Part shown: in pieces, positions 12,673-24,344 of the stretch
Layout of the letters: the number at the start of each line of letters is the position of its first letter
Position numbering within the stretch: position 1 is the stretch's first letter
Source of the DNA: Moniliella sp. 'wahieum'
Taxonomy: Eukaryota
DNA: 64,000 nucleotides
NCBI GenBank assembly: GCA_003971905.1
Contig: RSEE01000055.1
Location: 310,001 to 374,000 of the forward strand
Direction: 5' to 3'
Notes under the pieces: generated by a model
The model's input: only the letters and a program-made list of their open reading frames with translations
Database searches by the model: none
What the model was told of the DNA's origin: nothing
Program-made: the position numbers and the translations under genes

Positions 12673-13185
12673 TGATGATGAACATATCGTCACTTTGATC
12701 AAGGTGATGCATATGAACCGCGTCACTCTTAGCGCTAAGGCTTAGCGCCGTGTTGTTAGTTTAACATTGAACGTTTAGCGGTTACCGAAGAAAGGTGTCT
12801 GATAGATTGCAACCTGCAACAGGTACTTACCCAGCTGCCACCTTCTTTCTTGTAACGGTCCGAGTGAATGGCTCACATGCCCAGCTGACACGGCCCACAC
12901 GAAACGTATCCATATCCGATCAGAGGAAAGATATATAAAGGTCCCTGTTGCATCGTCCGCACCACACCCGATGGCGAGATGGGAGCATGCCATTCACAGA
13001 AGGGACGATGTACATGCGACATGACGTTTTGGAAAGACTAACACAACCAGAAGGACCAAGACGGCACCCGACCAAAACAAACCAAGAAGTAGGCGCCTTT
13101 CGATCTGAAGCAATGCGATGAGCCTGAGTACTGACGAGCCGATGCACTGGTAGCTCGTCAACGGAGGACGGAGGCGTACCGGGGC

Positions 13186-14595
13186 CTAAGGCAAGGCGGC
13201 CAAGTAGCGGAGGAGGTCAAGCGCGATCTGCGCACGTCCTGCATCAGGTATAATCCGCCGCACCAGGTCGTGCAGCGCTTGCCACGTCTCAGCATCGGGG
13301 GTGGCGCGGGCAACTGACGAAGGGGGCAATTGGTTGGCAGCTAGCAACGCCGCCAGACCAACTGCAGTTCCTAACCCGCCACCCCCTGGGATTTGCCCGA
13401 GTTGCCCGGGCACAGCTTGGACCGCAGGCATGCCCTGGGGTAAGGATGGCAGCCCAGATCCCAATCCGAGGCCGGGTAAGGTGGGAGGAAGATTGTTTGG
13501 CGGAGGTGTGGCAAGAGGACCGGGCAGTCCAAGACCGAGCGAGCCAAGCCGCGACCCCGCCTGCCGACATACCCTGGGGGGAAGCCAGTGCTTGCACAAG
13601 AGTAGCCAAGGGTCCCTGGTTGGAGGAAGGCACTAAGGGGGGTGGCGCGGATCCTTGGCTTGAACCATTAAATTGTGTTCCCAGAAACGCGGCGCTGGCC
13701 AGGGCGGCAAACATGGTATCCCCTCCCTGGGAGAGGTTGGGAGGAAATGAGGGCGGGACCGACTGGCGCGGCCTGGAGGACCACAGGTCTTGAAGACTCG
13801 ATGGTAATGCACCTGGGTCCGCCGGTCGTGCTGTCTCGCATGCATTCTCCGCGGGTGGGGAAGATGCAGTGGCCAAAGGGTGGTGAGTAAGTGGAGAGCG
13901 AGATCGGCCACGTTGATCTGCTTCTGCTTCGCGCGGGGTAGGAGGGCCGACTGTGCTGGCCGAGGAGGACGAAGAGGCGAAAGAAGTGGTGGAGGAAGTA
14001 CTGTTGGATCGCCCGGTGGCCTCGTTGCGTAAGGACTCGGATCGGGGCCTGCGTACGCCCGATGGTCGCGACCCCGCCTGTGGGCGACCGCATTCGCATG
14101 GTTGGCTTGGTTGAGGAACTTGCGACACCGATTGCGGCACGACAGGGCGGAGCGGCCTTCAAAGTGGGTCGCAATCTCTTTCCACTTGTTGCCCACCTCG
14201 GCATGAAGAGAGAGTTCCTTGTCCTCCTCGCCACTCCATGGGCGGGGTGACACTGAGGACATTGAGGTATCGGGCGGCGCACTGGTCGTCGGTGCGGCCG
14301 TCCATGTCCTGGGCAATGCGCCACCAGAGCTTGCCGTGCACGGCCATCAGGGCCTGCAACCGAGCATCCTCGTCCGGGCTCCAAGGGTGCTGCGCTTAAC
14401 GGATGGGTCCAGGCTATAGAACCAGCGTTTGCGGCAGTTTTTGGCGCTGCGGCCGGGGAGCTGCTCGGCGAGTTCTTGCCAGCGGCTGCTCTTGCCGCGG
14501 GCAGTGCCGTACTGGGCAACGAGCGAACGGAGTTTATTGTCCTCGTCCTTGGACCAGGGAGTGTACTCGTCAAATGCGCGGCGGGTGGGGGCCAT
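13186..14595 (-). CDS. Myb/SANT transcription factor with three Myb repeats and a low-complexity C-terminus (frameshifted)
   Basis: PWSKDEDNKLRSLVAQYG...WQELAEQLPGRSAKNCRKRW; WWRIAQDMDGRTDDQCAARY; WSGEEDKEL...GNKWKEIATHFEGRSALSCRNR. Confidence 0.88.
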
Positions 14596-15721
14596 GCTGC
14601 ATGGGGCTTCGGCTGGAGAGAAAGCGCGAGTGGTAGCGGTGGCAGCGGCGGACGGGGTGCGGTGTGGTGGGGCTCGGTTGCGCACAGTCTCCGATTGGGG
14701 GACCGAGGCGGCTATACCCGAGGGCGGCCCAGAAGAACCCAACGGCGGCAAGGGCGGGGCGGGCACACTGGCGCTGAGCCCAGCGGTGCCTGTAAACATG
14801 CAAACGTCAAGCGCTAATCGCGCGCTCGGCCTAGCTGATTACCACAATCTCGTAATCAATCGCTATACCCGCGGCCCGGCTGGGAGCGCAGCTAACACTG
14901 GTGCCGTGCGGCTGCGGTTGCTGGGGCCGGTGTTGAACATTTCAGCACCGCAGTGCGGCCGCATAACAACTGGTCCACCTGGTGTGCGTCCCAGACGGTC
15001 TACCGACGACTGCTGCGCAAGCCTGGCAACCCTACCCCCCCCCACCCCCCCCACCCGGCCATCTCCGAACTGCGAGACTGTTCCGACCCAGATGGAACAC
15101 GCCGGCTGGAACAGCGTTTGAACATTTCTGTGCCGCCCCCATTGCTCAGGCACTTCCTGGGGCTGCTCATACTCATGTGGGCAGTGGGCTCTTCGGGGTT
15201 CCACGTCCTGCGGGCACCATTCCGCGTTCCACGTTCACAAGCCCAGAATACTGGTGGCCCTGATATCGGATGTAAACGTTAAACCAGCATGTATACGCCG
15301 TGAGATCTGAGATCACACATTACCAGCGTACGCGTTCCCCAGTAACCGGCAAGCCAAACGCCAAGCCTCACGCCCTCGGGCGCCAGGATGATGTGGGGGT
15401 TGCGGATTGGTGCGGAAGATCAACACTTGCACCGACCATGTCCTCCGGTGGCTGGCATTGCCCAGCACACCTCAAGGCGCGTTGGGAAAAGGACAGAGGC
15501 ATGGGGCCAGTGTGCTTGGCTTATGTCAGCAGGGTGCCTGCATGGCGTCAGTGCCCAGGCGCGGCGCGTCTGATTTTTTCTTTTGCGCATGCCGACGGGG
15601 AGGGCAAGTGGGGCGGGGACTGCGTGGCTGACGCCTGGGCCAGGCCGACGCAGCAGGCCTTCCTTTCACCACCATCGCACCCCTTTGTGCAGTGTCCGTG
15701 TCCGCACCGCTGTCCACCACC

Positions 15722-16975
15722 ATGTCCGAGCGCGTCAACATCATCTCCCGGCCAGAGGATGAGCTCGTGGCCCCCACCCCTCAGAACACCCCGCTGCAGA
15801 ACCAGCCCCTCACCCGCGAGGCCCTCAGCCGCCCTACTGTCGGCACTGTGGAGGAGGAGGACGAGGAGGCGGCAGCCGCCAATGCCCCCAACGAGGCTGC
15901 GGCCGCTACGCTTGCTTCCAACCCCGCTCTGGCTGCCATGATTGCTGAGCGTCTGGGCAACCTGAACGGCGCGAGCAGCGGCTACGTTGAGGGCTTGCCC
16001 GATTACCTGCGCCGCCGGGTGGCCGGTCTCGAGGGCCTCCAGGCTCAGCACCTCAAGATCGAGGCTGAGTTCCAAAAGGAAATTATGGAGCTGGAGCGCA
16101 AGTTCCAGGTCAAGTACGCCCCGCTGTACCAGCAACGCAAGGACATCATTCTTGGTGCGCAGGAGCCTTCGGCTACGCTTGTTCTGGAGGTGAGAAGGCC
16201 ACTGAGGCCAAACTGGGTGAGAACGATGAGGACGAAGAAGGAGTCTTTGTCCGAGGTCAAGGCACCTGCCGATGGCGAGAAGGGCATCCCTCAATTCTGG
16301 CTCACTGCTCTTCGCACCCACACCGCCCTGTCCGAGATCATCACGGAGCGGGACGAAGAGGCGCTGCAGTTCCTGCAGGACATTCGGAGTGAACACTTGC
16401 CCTCGGCGGGCAAGCCTGGTTTCCAGCTTTTCTTTGACTTTGCGCCGAACAACGGCTTTTTCACCCAACGCCACGTTGACCAAGACGTACTACTACCGTG
16501 ACGACGTGGGCGCCAACGGCGACCTCATCTACGACCATGCCGAGGGCACGCCGATCGAATGGGTGAGCGCGGACAAGGATCTGACCAAGCGGATTGAGAC
16601 CAAGAAGCAGCGCAACAGCACACCAACGAGACGCGTGTGGTTAAGCGCTCGGTGCCTACCGCGTCCTTTTTCAACTTTTTCCAGCCGCCGCAGCCGCCTT
16701 CGGACGCGGACAACGAGTCGGAGGACGAAGGTTTGGCGGAGCTCGAGGAGCGGTTGGAGCTGGACTACCAGTTGGGTGAAGACCTCAAGGACCGGATTGT
16801 GCCGCATGCGATTACTTACTTTACGGGCGAGGCGCTGCAATACGAGGAGTTTGACGAGCTCGATGGGTTTGAGGATGACGAGGATGACGACGACGACGAG
16901 GATGACGAGGATGGGCCCGCCCCTGGAGGCGCCACTGCCCAGTCCGCAGACCCGCAAGAGTGCCGCCAGCAGTAA
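15722..16975 (+). CDS. NAP1: Nucleosome assembly protein 1 (frameshifted)
   Basis: LERKFQVKYAPLYQQRKDII, KGIPQFWLTAL, LTKTYYY, SFFNFFQPP, LELDYQLGEDLKDRIVPHA, acidic tail and PQECRQQ end. Confidence 0.95.
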
Positions 16976-17353
16976 CCGCAGTACATATTCGGTGTAACCT
17001 CGCCTCGGACACTCTGCGCATGCATCCTAACTCAGGTTGTCTAGATACGGCATGAATCGTTTCCTTCCTCCCTATGTGGTGAAATGCGGTAGTGGGGGTA
17101 GGCCTTAGGCCGTTTGATAGGGGGGCTGGCTATGTGGAGTGCCAGGTGGCCTCAGATTCGAGAGGCAGGCGGGCGGTAGAATCGATCCTGAGCATTAGCA
17201 GCTGTAAGGTGTTCAGGCCGCGGAACGAGGGCAGAGTCAATTCCGCCTTGCGCCGAACGCGTCACTCAGCCAACAGCAGCCGACCAGCCCACCCTCGGCC
17301 AGCTGGGGCGCACCTTGACTAGCCACAGTGGCTGCCTACCACCTCCCTCCACC

Positions 17354-18604
17354 ATGGCCACCGCGACAGTATCAAAGGCTCAAGCCGCTGGCGCGAGCAC
17401 CTCTACACCCGCCCCTCTCGGTGGCGTGCGTGCCTCTGGGATTGGCTCGTTCTATGCCGCCAAGATGCAGGCGTACGAGCTGGAGATTAACGACAAGACC
17501 CAGAATCTGCGCCGGCTCGAGGCGCAGCGCAATGCGCTCAACGCGCGCGTGCGCCTTTTGCGCGAAGAGCTGCAGCTACTGCATGAGCCTGGCAGCAGTG
17601 TGGGTGAAGTGGTCAAAGTAATGGGCAAGAAGAAGGTGTTGGTCAAAATCCAGCCAGAGGGCAAGTTTGTCGTTGATTTTGCCGATGACATTGACCCTGC
17701 GTCGCTCAAGCCCGCTCTGCGGGTAGCTCTGCGGCCGGATAACTACCAACTGCACAAGATTCTTCCCAACAAGGTGGACCCGCTTGTATCGCTCATGATG
17801 GTGGAGAAGGTGCCGGATTCGACGTACGAACAAGTAGGTGGTCTGGACCGGCAGATCAAGGAGATCAAAGAAGTGATTGAGTTGCCTGTGAAGCATCCTG
17901 AGCTGTTTGAGAGCTTGGGCATTGCCCAACCCAAAGGTGTTCTCCTCTATGGTCCGCCCGGGACAGGAAAGACGCTGCTGGCCCGTGCAGTGGCGCACCA
18001 TACCGACACGCGCTTCATCCGTGTCAGTGGGTCGGAACTGGTACAAAAGTACATTGGCGAAGGGTCGCGGATGGTGCGTGAGCTGTTCGTCATGGCCCGC
18101 GAACATGCTCCTTCGATCATCTTTATGGACGAGATTGACTCGATTGGCTCCTCGCGCGGAGACAGTGGGAGCAACGGCGACTCGGAAGTGCAGCGAACCA
18201 TGCTCGAGCTGCTCAACCAGTTGGACGGCTTTGAGGGGACAAAGAACATCAAAGTGATTATGGCTACCAATCGAATCGATATTTTGGACCCGGCCCTACT
18301 TCGCCCTGGGCGGATTGACCGCAAGATCGAGTTCCCTCCCCCCGGGCCTGAGGCCCGTGTTGCCATTCTGCGCATCCACTCGCGTCGGATGAGTTTGCAG
18401 CGCGGCGTCAACCTTCGTGCGTTGGCGGAAAAGATGGGTCAAGCATCGGGGGCAGAGGTGCGCGGAATCTGCACTGAGGCCGGTATGTACGCTCTGCGTG
18501 AACGCCGCCAACATGTTTCCCACGAGGACTTTGAGCTGGCCGTGTCCAAGGTACTCAAGCGCCAGCAAGAAGGCAGTATGAGCGTCAACAAGCTCTTTAC
18601 GTGA
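17354..18604 (+). CDS. RPT6: 26S proteasome regulatory AAA-ATPase subunit 8 (Rpt6/PSMC5), intact and intronless
   Basis: [39 protein letters not shown] Walker [12 protein letters not shown]alker B, MSVNKLFT end. Confidence 0.98.
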   Translation: MATATVSKAQAAGASTSTPAPLGGVRASGIGSFYAAKMQAYELEINDKTQNLRRLEAQRNALNARVRLLREELQLLHEPGSSVGEVVKVMGKKKVLVKIQPEGKFVVDFADDIDPASLKPALRVALRPDNYQLHKILPNKVDPLVSLMMVEKVPDSTYEQVGGLDRQIKEIKEVIELPVKHPELFESLGIAQPKGVLLYGPPGTGKTLLARAVAHHTDTRFIRVSGSELVQKYIGEGSRMVRELFVMAREHAPSIIFMDEIDSIGSSRGDSGSNGDSEVQRTMLELLNQLDGFEGTKNIKVIMATNRIDILDPALLRPGRIDRKIEFPPPGPEARVAILRIHSRRMSLQRGVNLRALAEKMGQASGAEVRGICTEAGMYALRERRQHVSHEDFELAVSKVLKRQQEGSMSVNKLFT

Positions 18605-18749
18605 TGGCCTATGCATTCATTTCGGTACTATTCGGCGCCCTCTGCAGATACGATTGTCGTAGCGCTCAGTCGGAAGATGAACGACCAGATTGGGAGTTGA
18701 GACGTCGAGACTGGATGGACTCATCATATGTCAGAAAGGTAGTGAATGA

Positions 18750-18978
18750 TGTCGGGCCACCGCGGGACGCTCGTAGTTTTCGGCCGACGTCCCTTCAGCC
18801 CCTCCTCAGGCTTAGGAGTTCCGTGGGTTTCTCGTTGCTTCTGTTTTCCTTCTTTTCTTGATCCCCAGCCGAGCCCCTGGTGGCAACTGGCTGCTTGATA
18901 TCCCTCTGTAGGCGATCTCGGTTGGCTTAGTCCACCACCGCATCACCCTCTCGAGGACCATCACGGCGCCAGGTCTCA
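18750..18978 (+). mobile_element. Solo LTR, family A copy 2 (degenerate, inverted relative to the other two)
   Basis: Begins TGTCGGGCCACCGC; contains GCATCACCCTC..GAGGACCATCA..CCAGGTCTCAT, the reverse complement of the block at 11722-11762 and 47292-47332; no clear TSD. Confidence 0.72.
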
Positions 18979-19076
18979 TGGATCAGCAGTCAAGCTTCAA
19001 GCTTGGAGTCGGATGGGAAACCAAACCGCCCCTTCGAATGATGAGCTTCAAGGGGCGGGGGGCGCAAAAAAAAGTC

Positions 19077-19148
19077 AGCTCGACGTGGGACTCGAACCCA
19101 CAACCTTCTCTTTAGGAGAGAGATGCGCTACCTTTGCGCCAGCCGAGC
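19077..19148 (-). tRNA. tRNA-Arg(CCT), intronless
   Basis: GCTCGGC TG GCGC AAAGGTA GCGC A TCTCT CT CCT AA AGAGA AGGTT GTGGGTTCGAGTCCCAC GTCGAGC T, with a downstream T-run. Confidence 0.93.
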
Positions 19149-19365
19149 GTTACCTGTTTTTCTAGGTCACGCTAATAAGACTGTAAGACATAATATTAAT
19201 TTTGATCAGAAGACCCGTGAAGCCCTCTCAGACCTCGGCGTCAAGGTAACGCGTTCCTCACCGACGCTTGTAGCAGGTTATACGTTGATATACAGAATCC
19301 GCGGATCGAAACATGCCACAGATGAAAGCGAGAACGATACGCCAAGGATAGGAGAGTAAGACAGT

Positions 19366-19615
19366 TGTTATAGGGGGGTAGGACGAAAACTATATCGAGT
19401 GTGGACAAAGAATAAAAGGACCTTTTATATAGTTTTCTCATATGGTGCGCTCTTCCGTCTTCGTCCTCCCGAGAAAGTACTCTATACGTGCGTGATTTGT
19501 ATTGCTCAGCCGCAGCATCCCGGCCGCTTGAGCTACCAAGCTTGCTCATCCGGAGTGTGCTCTCATGCTCGTTGGGGCGAACCCAATCCAGAGGCCAAAG
19601 TGGACTGGTAATGCA
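19366..19615. mobile_element. Candidate solo LTR (family C, 250 bp)
   Basis: TG...CA ends flanked by a perfect 5-bp direct repeat ACAGT (19361-19365 and 19616-19620); internal TATA-like TTTTATATAG; no second copy in the window. Confidence 0.45.
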
Positions 19616-19804
19616 ACAGTTATGAGGTCAGCTCTCTTTGGCTTCCCCGACTACAGTTTCCCAACCCCCGTAGCGCGAGTAAAGATATGCGAATGGCATC
19701 TGAGTGATGGACCATCTCCAATGACACTCTCCTCAGTAAAGGTGTTCCAGTGTTCAAACATCTGTTTGTTGGCCGTCTTGAATATTGACTTGCGGCATCA
19801 TATA

Positions 19805-20074
19805 CTACGAGGAGGACCACCGGGCCTACGGCCCGGTCGGCTGGGGCTTCGCCCCAGCTTGGTGCTGCGTCGCCACCTTAGCCACCGTTCCACCGTCGCC
19901 ACCTTAGCCACCGTAGCCACCGTTCCCCCCATCGCCACCTTAGCCACCGTTCCACCGACCACCACCGTTCCACGGTGGAACCCTTCCACGCTGGAAAGAC
20001 GAAATAATATCACCGGTTGTTGCTGGTGGCTGGGACATGGGACGGGTGGCTGCGCCACCCGGTGGCTTACGCGA
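19805..20074 (-). mobile_element. Putative non-autonomous Helitron-like element with twin terminal hairpins and internal GCCACC-type minisatellite
   Basis: Minus strand: A|TC at 20074; perfect 8-bp hairpins at 19840-19858 and 19819-19837; terminus CTCG|T or GTAG|T about 11-14 nt after the last hairpin; ~9-nt repeats (GCCACCTTA/CCACCGTT) at 19872-19975. Confidence 0.5.
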
Positions 20075-22797
20075 TGCTGACCTAAACTGTGACAGTTTTG
20101 GCACCGACTTTTTTTGGAGGAATCTTATTCTAGGTTTAGACGTAGCGTTCCCCCTGTCCCAGCCTTCTTAAGTCTGCCAATGAAATGGACGTTCTCTAGT
20201 GATGAGGCTGACTCATTCATGGTGATGACCACCACACAGGGGAAAGAACAGCTCTTTTTTTGAATGCGTCTCCTCTGTATGTGGTGCTTGGCGTTCTTTT
20301 CGCATTCCGCTCATACGCAAAAACAGTTGGTACAGCAGCTCCTTCGCCCGGCGTCCCGCACGTCTCTCCGTCATCTCATGTTCCACCTTTTTCCGGTACG
20401 CACATCCTGTTTTGGTCTCCTTTGTGCACAAGTGCCTCAAGGTCTGAGTCCACTTCCAGCCCAGATCCTCCAAACGCACATGCATGCATTTGGTCCATCA
20501 CTTGGTTGGGATATAGTCCGTACGCCTCGCCCAGTTTCCCCCTCGCCTCTCGTCTTCTTCCATCAAATAACAGCTTCACTATGCATATCAGAGGCCTACC
20601 CACGCGTGCTGCATATGGGTATACTAGTGGGCAGAGTATGGATGGAGATGTTTTGTCACTTATTTGGCTACCGGAAGATCGAAATACTTGAAGCTTGAAG
20701 GATGTGCCAAAAAAACATACATCGAAGAAATGACACTCTGCAACCTGAGCATACTCCGTACCTGTTATCATTGACAGAGCTTCACAGGCCGGGACAAAGA
20801 AACGCTGCGTCTACCGACCTGCTCATCCGACGTGGGTTGAATGTTGGCGCCAAAGTCCCGTCTAGGGAAGAACCTGGGGAATCGCCAGCGGATCAGGACC
20901 CTCTGGTGCCAGACATCCGAGCGGCGAACCATCTCCATTGAGACCATTGAGACTCGGTAGTCAATTCTTTCCTTTGCTAAAACATCATTTCTTGCTTGCC
21001 ATCCGTTTTAGTGATACTGTCGAACAATAAATATTCTTGACGATAGTCAAACAAAAAGGTTCCCTCTCCCAGACGGTTTACAATCCTCTCGCACCATAAT
21101 GGGCTCAGTTTTCTCTCAGTTGCTGTGTGACCTGGGTTATGTCCCCCGTGTCGCTGCGATACCTCCTCCCGGATCCGCTTCAGTACTCAGTGGTGCATGA
21201 TGGTTGTAATTTAGTCATCCGTTGTAGGGATTGAAGATTGATCGAAGTTCCCTGAAGACCATGGGGACGCGGCTCCCTCCTGGCGAACTGGAGGGAGGGA
21301 TAAGGGACATCCGGCGTGACGGATAAGATCCAGATAAGGAGGTAATCGATAAGAAAAGATGAAAAGCGGTAATCTATGTCTTCATCGATCATCGATCTGG
21401 CCCACGCATACCGTTCCTGCGTCACATGTCATGCATTATGCCTTCGGGCGAGGAGACGCCGGATGATCGATGAGTACTCAAACTGAGCATGCACACAAGT
21501 TGCATGAATCGTTTGGGAGGTTTCGTATGGGACCGATAATCGATAACAACAAGAACGAAGCAGTGAAGAGGCCGGTGACTAGTGCGAGATTACTGAGGGG
21601 TCCACAGAATGACACGGATTTATCAGTGCGACAATTGGTTGAACTTTGATATGCACGCTGATGCACTGATGCGTTTGACGCATCTATCGAGTTCTTATAT
21701 AGATCCGCATTGACGCGTTGACCGTAGAAAGCATGTTAAACGTGGCCGAGAAGACGGTGACCAGGTTGACGACAACGTTAACCGTTCTCTCTGCTGGTTG
21801 AACCGCTGCTGAGTTGAGAGCGAGACGCTTGAGAAGCTTGCATCTTCAAGCTTCAAGCTTCAAGAAGCTTCAACGACGACGGTGGTCCACCCAAACCCCA
21901 TACGTCCACACCTTGACAGGTAACAGATATAGAATCCCAGGAAAGTCCCAACCTGTGCTGCATGGGAGTGTGGGGCGAACAAAACACAGGGGGTTTTGGC
22001 GCTTGGGGCAGCGATGAAAAGATCCGACGTACGGCATGGCGACGGAGGATGCCCGATGATCGATCAATGATCCATGCTTTGCTCTAAGTAAAAAGATCGC
22101 AAGGGAGATATATACTGCGTGCGGTCGCGCTGAGAGAAGCGTAGAGACAGGACGGTGCTACTAGGAGCGTGGATAGAGGTTGCCCTCGCATGCGACCATG
22201 TAACCGTGCAGTGCGTGTTCCTATACTCTCCCAATATATATGCGATCACCGATTACAAAAGCGTGTGTGGGCCATGTGGCTGCGTGACCCCTACCATGAC
22301 GATGCCAAGCATACCCCACACATGCACACGTATGACGTACATAGAGAGGCACACAGCAGAACATTCGTAGCGGCGAAAAGAGCGTGGTCCGGGAGAGAGA
22401 AACAGCAAGGAGAGGGCAGCAAGGGCTATCTCCCACACAGGCATCCCACCCGGATATGGTTATCGCGAGGTTCTCACTATAGGTCGGTTGTGGATCGGAT
22501 CTGTGCCCCAACGGAAACGACACACAAGTGGAGTTCCACTTTCGTATCTGTGGGAGAGAGGGCTATCCGTATCTCAATTACCTCCGCACTACGATCTGCC
22601 CTGTAATGTCGATGCTACGTAGCCAGCGCCGCCATTCCGAGCTTCTTCGGCGCTTCTTTTGACTTTGACGGGATCGATGATCCCGATGATCCCGATGTCG
22701 TGTGCATGCGATGCATGATGGATGATGGATGATCGATGACCGACTTGAGTGGATGGAGGTAGGGGCGGGCAAGGCCACTGCTCTCTCTATCGCCTGG

Positions 22798-22829
22798 CAA
22801 GCTTCAAGCTTCAAGCTTCAAGCTCCAAG
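22798..22829. repeat. (CAAGCTT)n heptamer tandem repeat
   Basis: About 4.5 copies; same unit at ~18990, ~21845, 25031-25077, ~25223 and ~37288. Confidence 0.9.
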
Positions 22830-23603
22830 GCCTGCCCCTTCTCCTAGCGGCAGCCACACAGTGATAGCACACTGTGGCCGAGACGAGACGACTTAGTAAG
22901 CCGATGATCGATGAAAGATCGCGGGTGCCAAGTGCGAAGCAGTGCTTTATCGCTTAAGCTTTCCGCTTCACGCTTCCAGCTTCCAGTTTAGCTTGCTGCG
23001 CATGCCGCCCTGGTGTCCACACCATGTGCCCATGTGTGTGGCATTTCCATCCGACGGGTGGCGCTGGTTGGGGTGCATCATCAGCATTGCTATCAGCCAC
23101 CCAAACATCACAGACATCATCCACTCCGCTGCATCATGCATCACATATCACATGTCACACACCACGTGTCACACAGCGCTCATGCGCTCATGCTCTGGCC
23201 TCAGGCTGATCAGGCTCAGCCGCTCAGCCTAATATCCCGCACTGAACACGCACTGAGCCCTACTGCGCCTCGGGGGCAGCACAGCGCGGTCAATTGCGCC
23301 CGAGTAACAAAATGGGAACGTTGGCAGCACCACACAGCAGTACCTAGTAAAGCGTAACGTTCCGCGTTACGCAAAACGATAGTACGATTTGATTGGTTGA
23401 ATATGGGCATTGGCCCCCACAGGCAACAGCCAGCCACACCCTTCTCTCGTCCTTGTGGTGCTAGGGCACTGGCGCTATCTCGTTACGATCTTATCGATCG
23501 CCCCTCTGCCCGGCGTCTTCATGCCCTGGCCCCGACCCTCCCTCCCAGTCACCGGGTCATCGTCCAATGACGCGCACGGCCCTGGCACTTCTCTCTCACA
23601 GGA

Positions 23604-23611
23604 CATAAAAG
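23604..23611 (+). promoter_or_regulatory. TATA-like box upstream of the small secreted-peptide gene
   Basis: CATAAAAG about 75 nt upstream of the ATG at 23682, followed by a pyrimidine-rich leader and ACCATGA start context. Confidence 0.4.
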
Positions 23612-23681
23612 GAGACCAGCTGAGAACGTTCTCAGCTTCTTTTTCCCCCATCCCACCTTCTATCTCTCTCTCCCGCTTACC

Positions 23682-23882
23682 ATGAAGTTCTCCTACCCGC
23701 CATCTTCGCTGTCCTGGCCGCTGTCGCGGTCTCGGCCTCGCCTGCTCGTATGTGCTTTTTCCTTCCTCTTTGGGCTGCTGGTTCTTTTTATTTGCTGGTG
23801 GGCAGTGGCTGACGTCCTCCTTTCCCACGACCCAACAGCCGCCTCGGACGAGGAGTGCCAGGGCTGCGGCCGCAAGGCCTAA
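23682..23882 (+). CDS. Putative small secreted peptide (~36 aa: MKFSYPAIFAVLAAVAVSASPAPASDEECQGCGRKA); intron 23748-23838; requires one restored C in the C-run at ~23696-23698
   Basis: Signal-peptide-like AIFAVLAAVAVSA in preferred codons; canonical GTATGT donor, GCTGAC branch site and AACAG acceptor; phase-1 splice joins to ASDEECQGCGRKA-TAA. Confidence 0.6.
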   Translation: MKFSYPPSSLSWPLSRSRPRLLVCAFSFLFGLLVLFICWWAVADVLLSHDPTAASDEECQGCGRKA

Positions 23883-24302
23883 GTTCGCCAGTGCGAATTT
23901 CGTCCTTGGCCATTGGAACAGATGGTCGGGGACGCCCCCTCTCTTCTTTTGCCTTGCAGTAAGCGCAGTGCATGGGTCTGTGCTTCCCTCCGTTGCCTGC
24001 TTCAGCTGCTCTTGCTCCACAGCTCTCCGCTTTTAAACCGTTTAACCACAAACGCCTGCATGTGTCCCTTGCATAGATCCTGCTGTATATAGTACGGTAT
24101 GGAAAAGCTTGTGATGGTATGGAACTTCGAGACGTTGATTAATGATTAAGGAGTAGGCTATTGAGTCGAGTGTTTTGAGCCGCTCAGGCTGAGCTCCAAA
24201 CTGATGCATTAGTACGAGAAAGTCGCTCCCTTTCTGTTCTCTCTCCTTGTTCGCCGATATGCTGTAAGGCGTCACGCGTCCCACCTCAGGCCCGTCAGGC
24301 GG

Positions 24303-24344
24303 TTAGCGCTAAGGCTTAGCGCTAAGGCTTAGCGCTTAGCGCTT
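24303..24344. repeat. Palindrome-based tandem repeat (TTAGCGCTAAGGC)2(TTAGCGC)2
   Basis: Direct reading; a 21-nt identical copy CTTAGCGCTAAGGCTTAGCGC lies at 12728-12748. Confidence 0.85.

Noticed and set aside
20213..20771. Decayed retroelement or transposase ORF fragments
   Set aside because: No convincing RT, RNase H, integrase or DDE motif
21126..21426. Further solo LTRs with TGTGAC...GTCACA ends (also TGTCAC...GTTACA at 38457-38588)
   Set aside because: No target-site duplication and no second copy in the window
24303..24344. Interstitial telomeric repeat
   Set aside because: The unit is TTAGCGC(TAAGGC), not TTAGGG; it fits the palindromic-heptamer class instead
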